Below are positions 63,920-64,000 of a stretch of 64,000 bases of DNA, one piece after another. The first letter of the stretch is position 1. Each line of letters begins with the position of its first letter. Below the pieces are notes generated by a model. The model was not told the origin of the DNA. It searched no databases and saw only the letters and a list, made by a program, of their open reading frames with translations. The stretch comes from a virus. The translations under genes and the position numbers were made by a program. The stretch is taken from the IMG/VR virus record IMGVR_UViG_3300003322_000730, positions 1 through 64,000 of that record. The stretch is one strand, 5' to 3'.

Positions 63920-64000
63920 TTACAACTTCGTGATCAATATCCAAGTCCGGGGATTCTCATCATATTTCTTGCTGATACTTCCATCGCACACAATACTGTC
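63920..64000 (-). CDS. C-terminus of a RusA-like resolvase (truncated by window edge)
   Basis: DSIVCDGSISKKYDENPRTWILITKL*. Confidence 0.6.
   Translation of the reverse strand, partial: DSIVCDGSISKKYDENPRTWILITKL

Noticed and set aside
1-64000. Stop-codon reassignment
   Set aside because: Core genes are full length under the standard code, TAA, TAG and TGA all end genes, and no suppressor tRNA is seen.
1-64000. Prophage boundaries or integrase
   Set aside because: Both window ends lie inside phage genes; no host genes, att site or integrase are visible, so the lifestyle is unresolved.

Overview
This window is part of a tailed dsDNA phage genome. It is siphovirus-like (1109-aa tape measure, no sheath gene seen). 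The host is probably a Bacteroidota bacterium, most likely Cytophagales, judged from TAnnTTTG promoters, A-rich leaders without Shine-Dalgarno sites and host-like domains. Positions 1-18 kb are a leftward early region of small genes: a cytosine methylase, an HTH protein, a DUF559 nuclease, an ART/Tpt1-like protein and lipoproteins. Structured RNA elements sit between these genes: a complete type III hammerhead ribozyme (16039-16092), a non-decoding tRNA-Leu mimic, a minimal tRNA mimic and a ~600-nt structured leader before the nuclease. A ~1.1-kb non-coding divergence region follows. Rightward genes then include a second tRNA-like RNA with an ~90-nt insert, an ECF sigma factor, MazG, the terminases, an inserted fibre/SGNH module, tail tube, portal, scaffold, capsid, a signal-peptide-bearing decoration-like protein and neck/tail genes with two A10 -1 frameshift sites. 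After these come a repeat-rich giant fibre, several glycan-active enzymes (beta-helix, GH29-like, GH-A fused to a serine hydrolase) and a lysis cassette of a GH19 endolysin plus a patatin phospholipase. The window ends in a convergent antirepressor/NinB/RusA block. All protein calls come from motif recognition by eye; no database search was run. The best candidates for an undescribed system are the set of elbow-preserving tRNA mimics plus ribozyme plus ART-like gene, and the long ncRNA coupled to the DUF559 nuclease.
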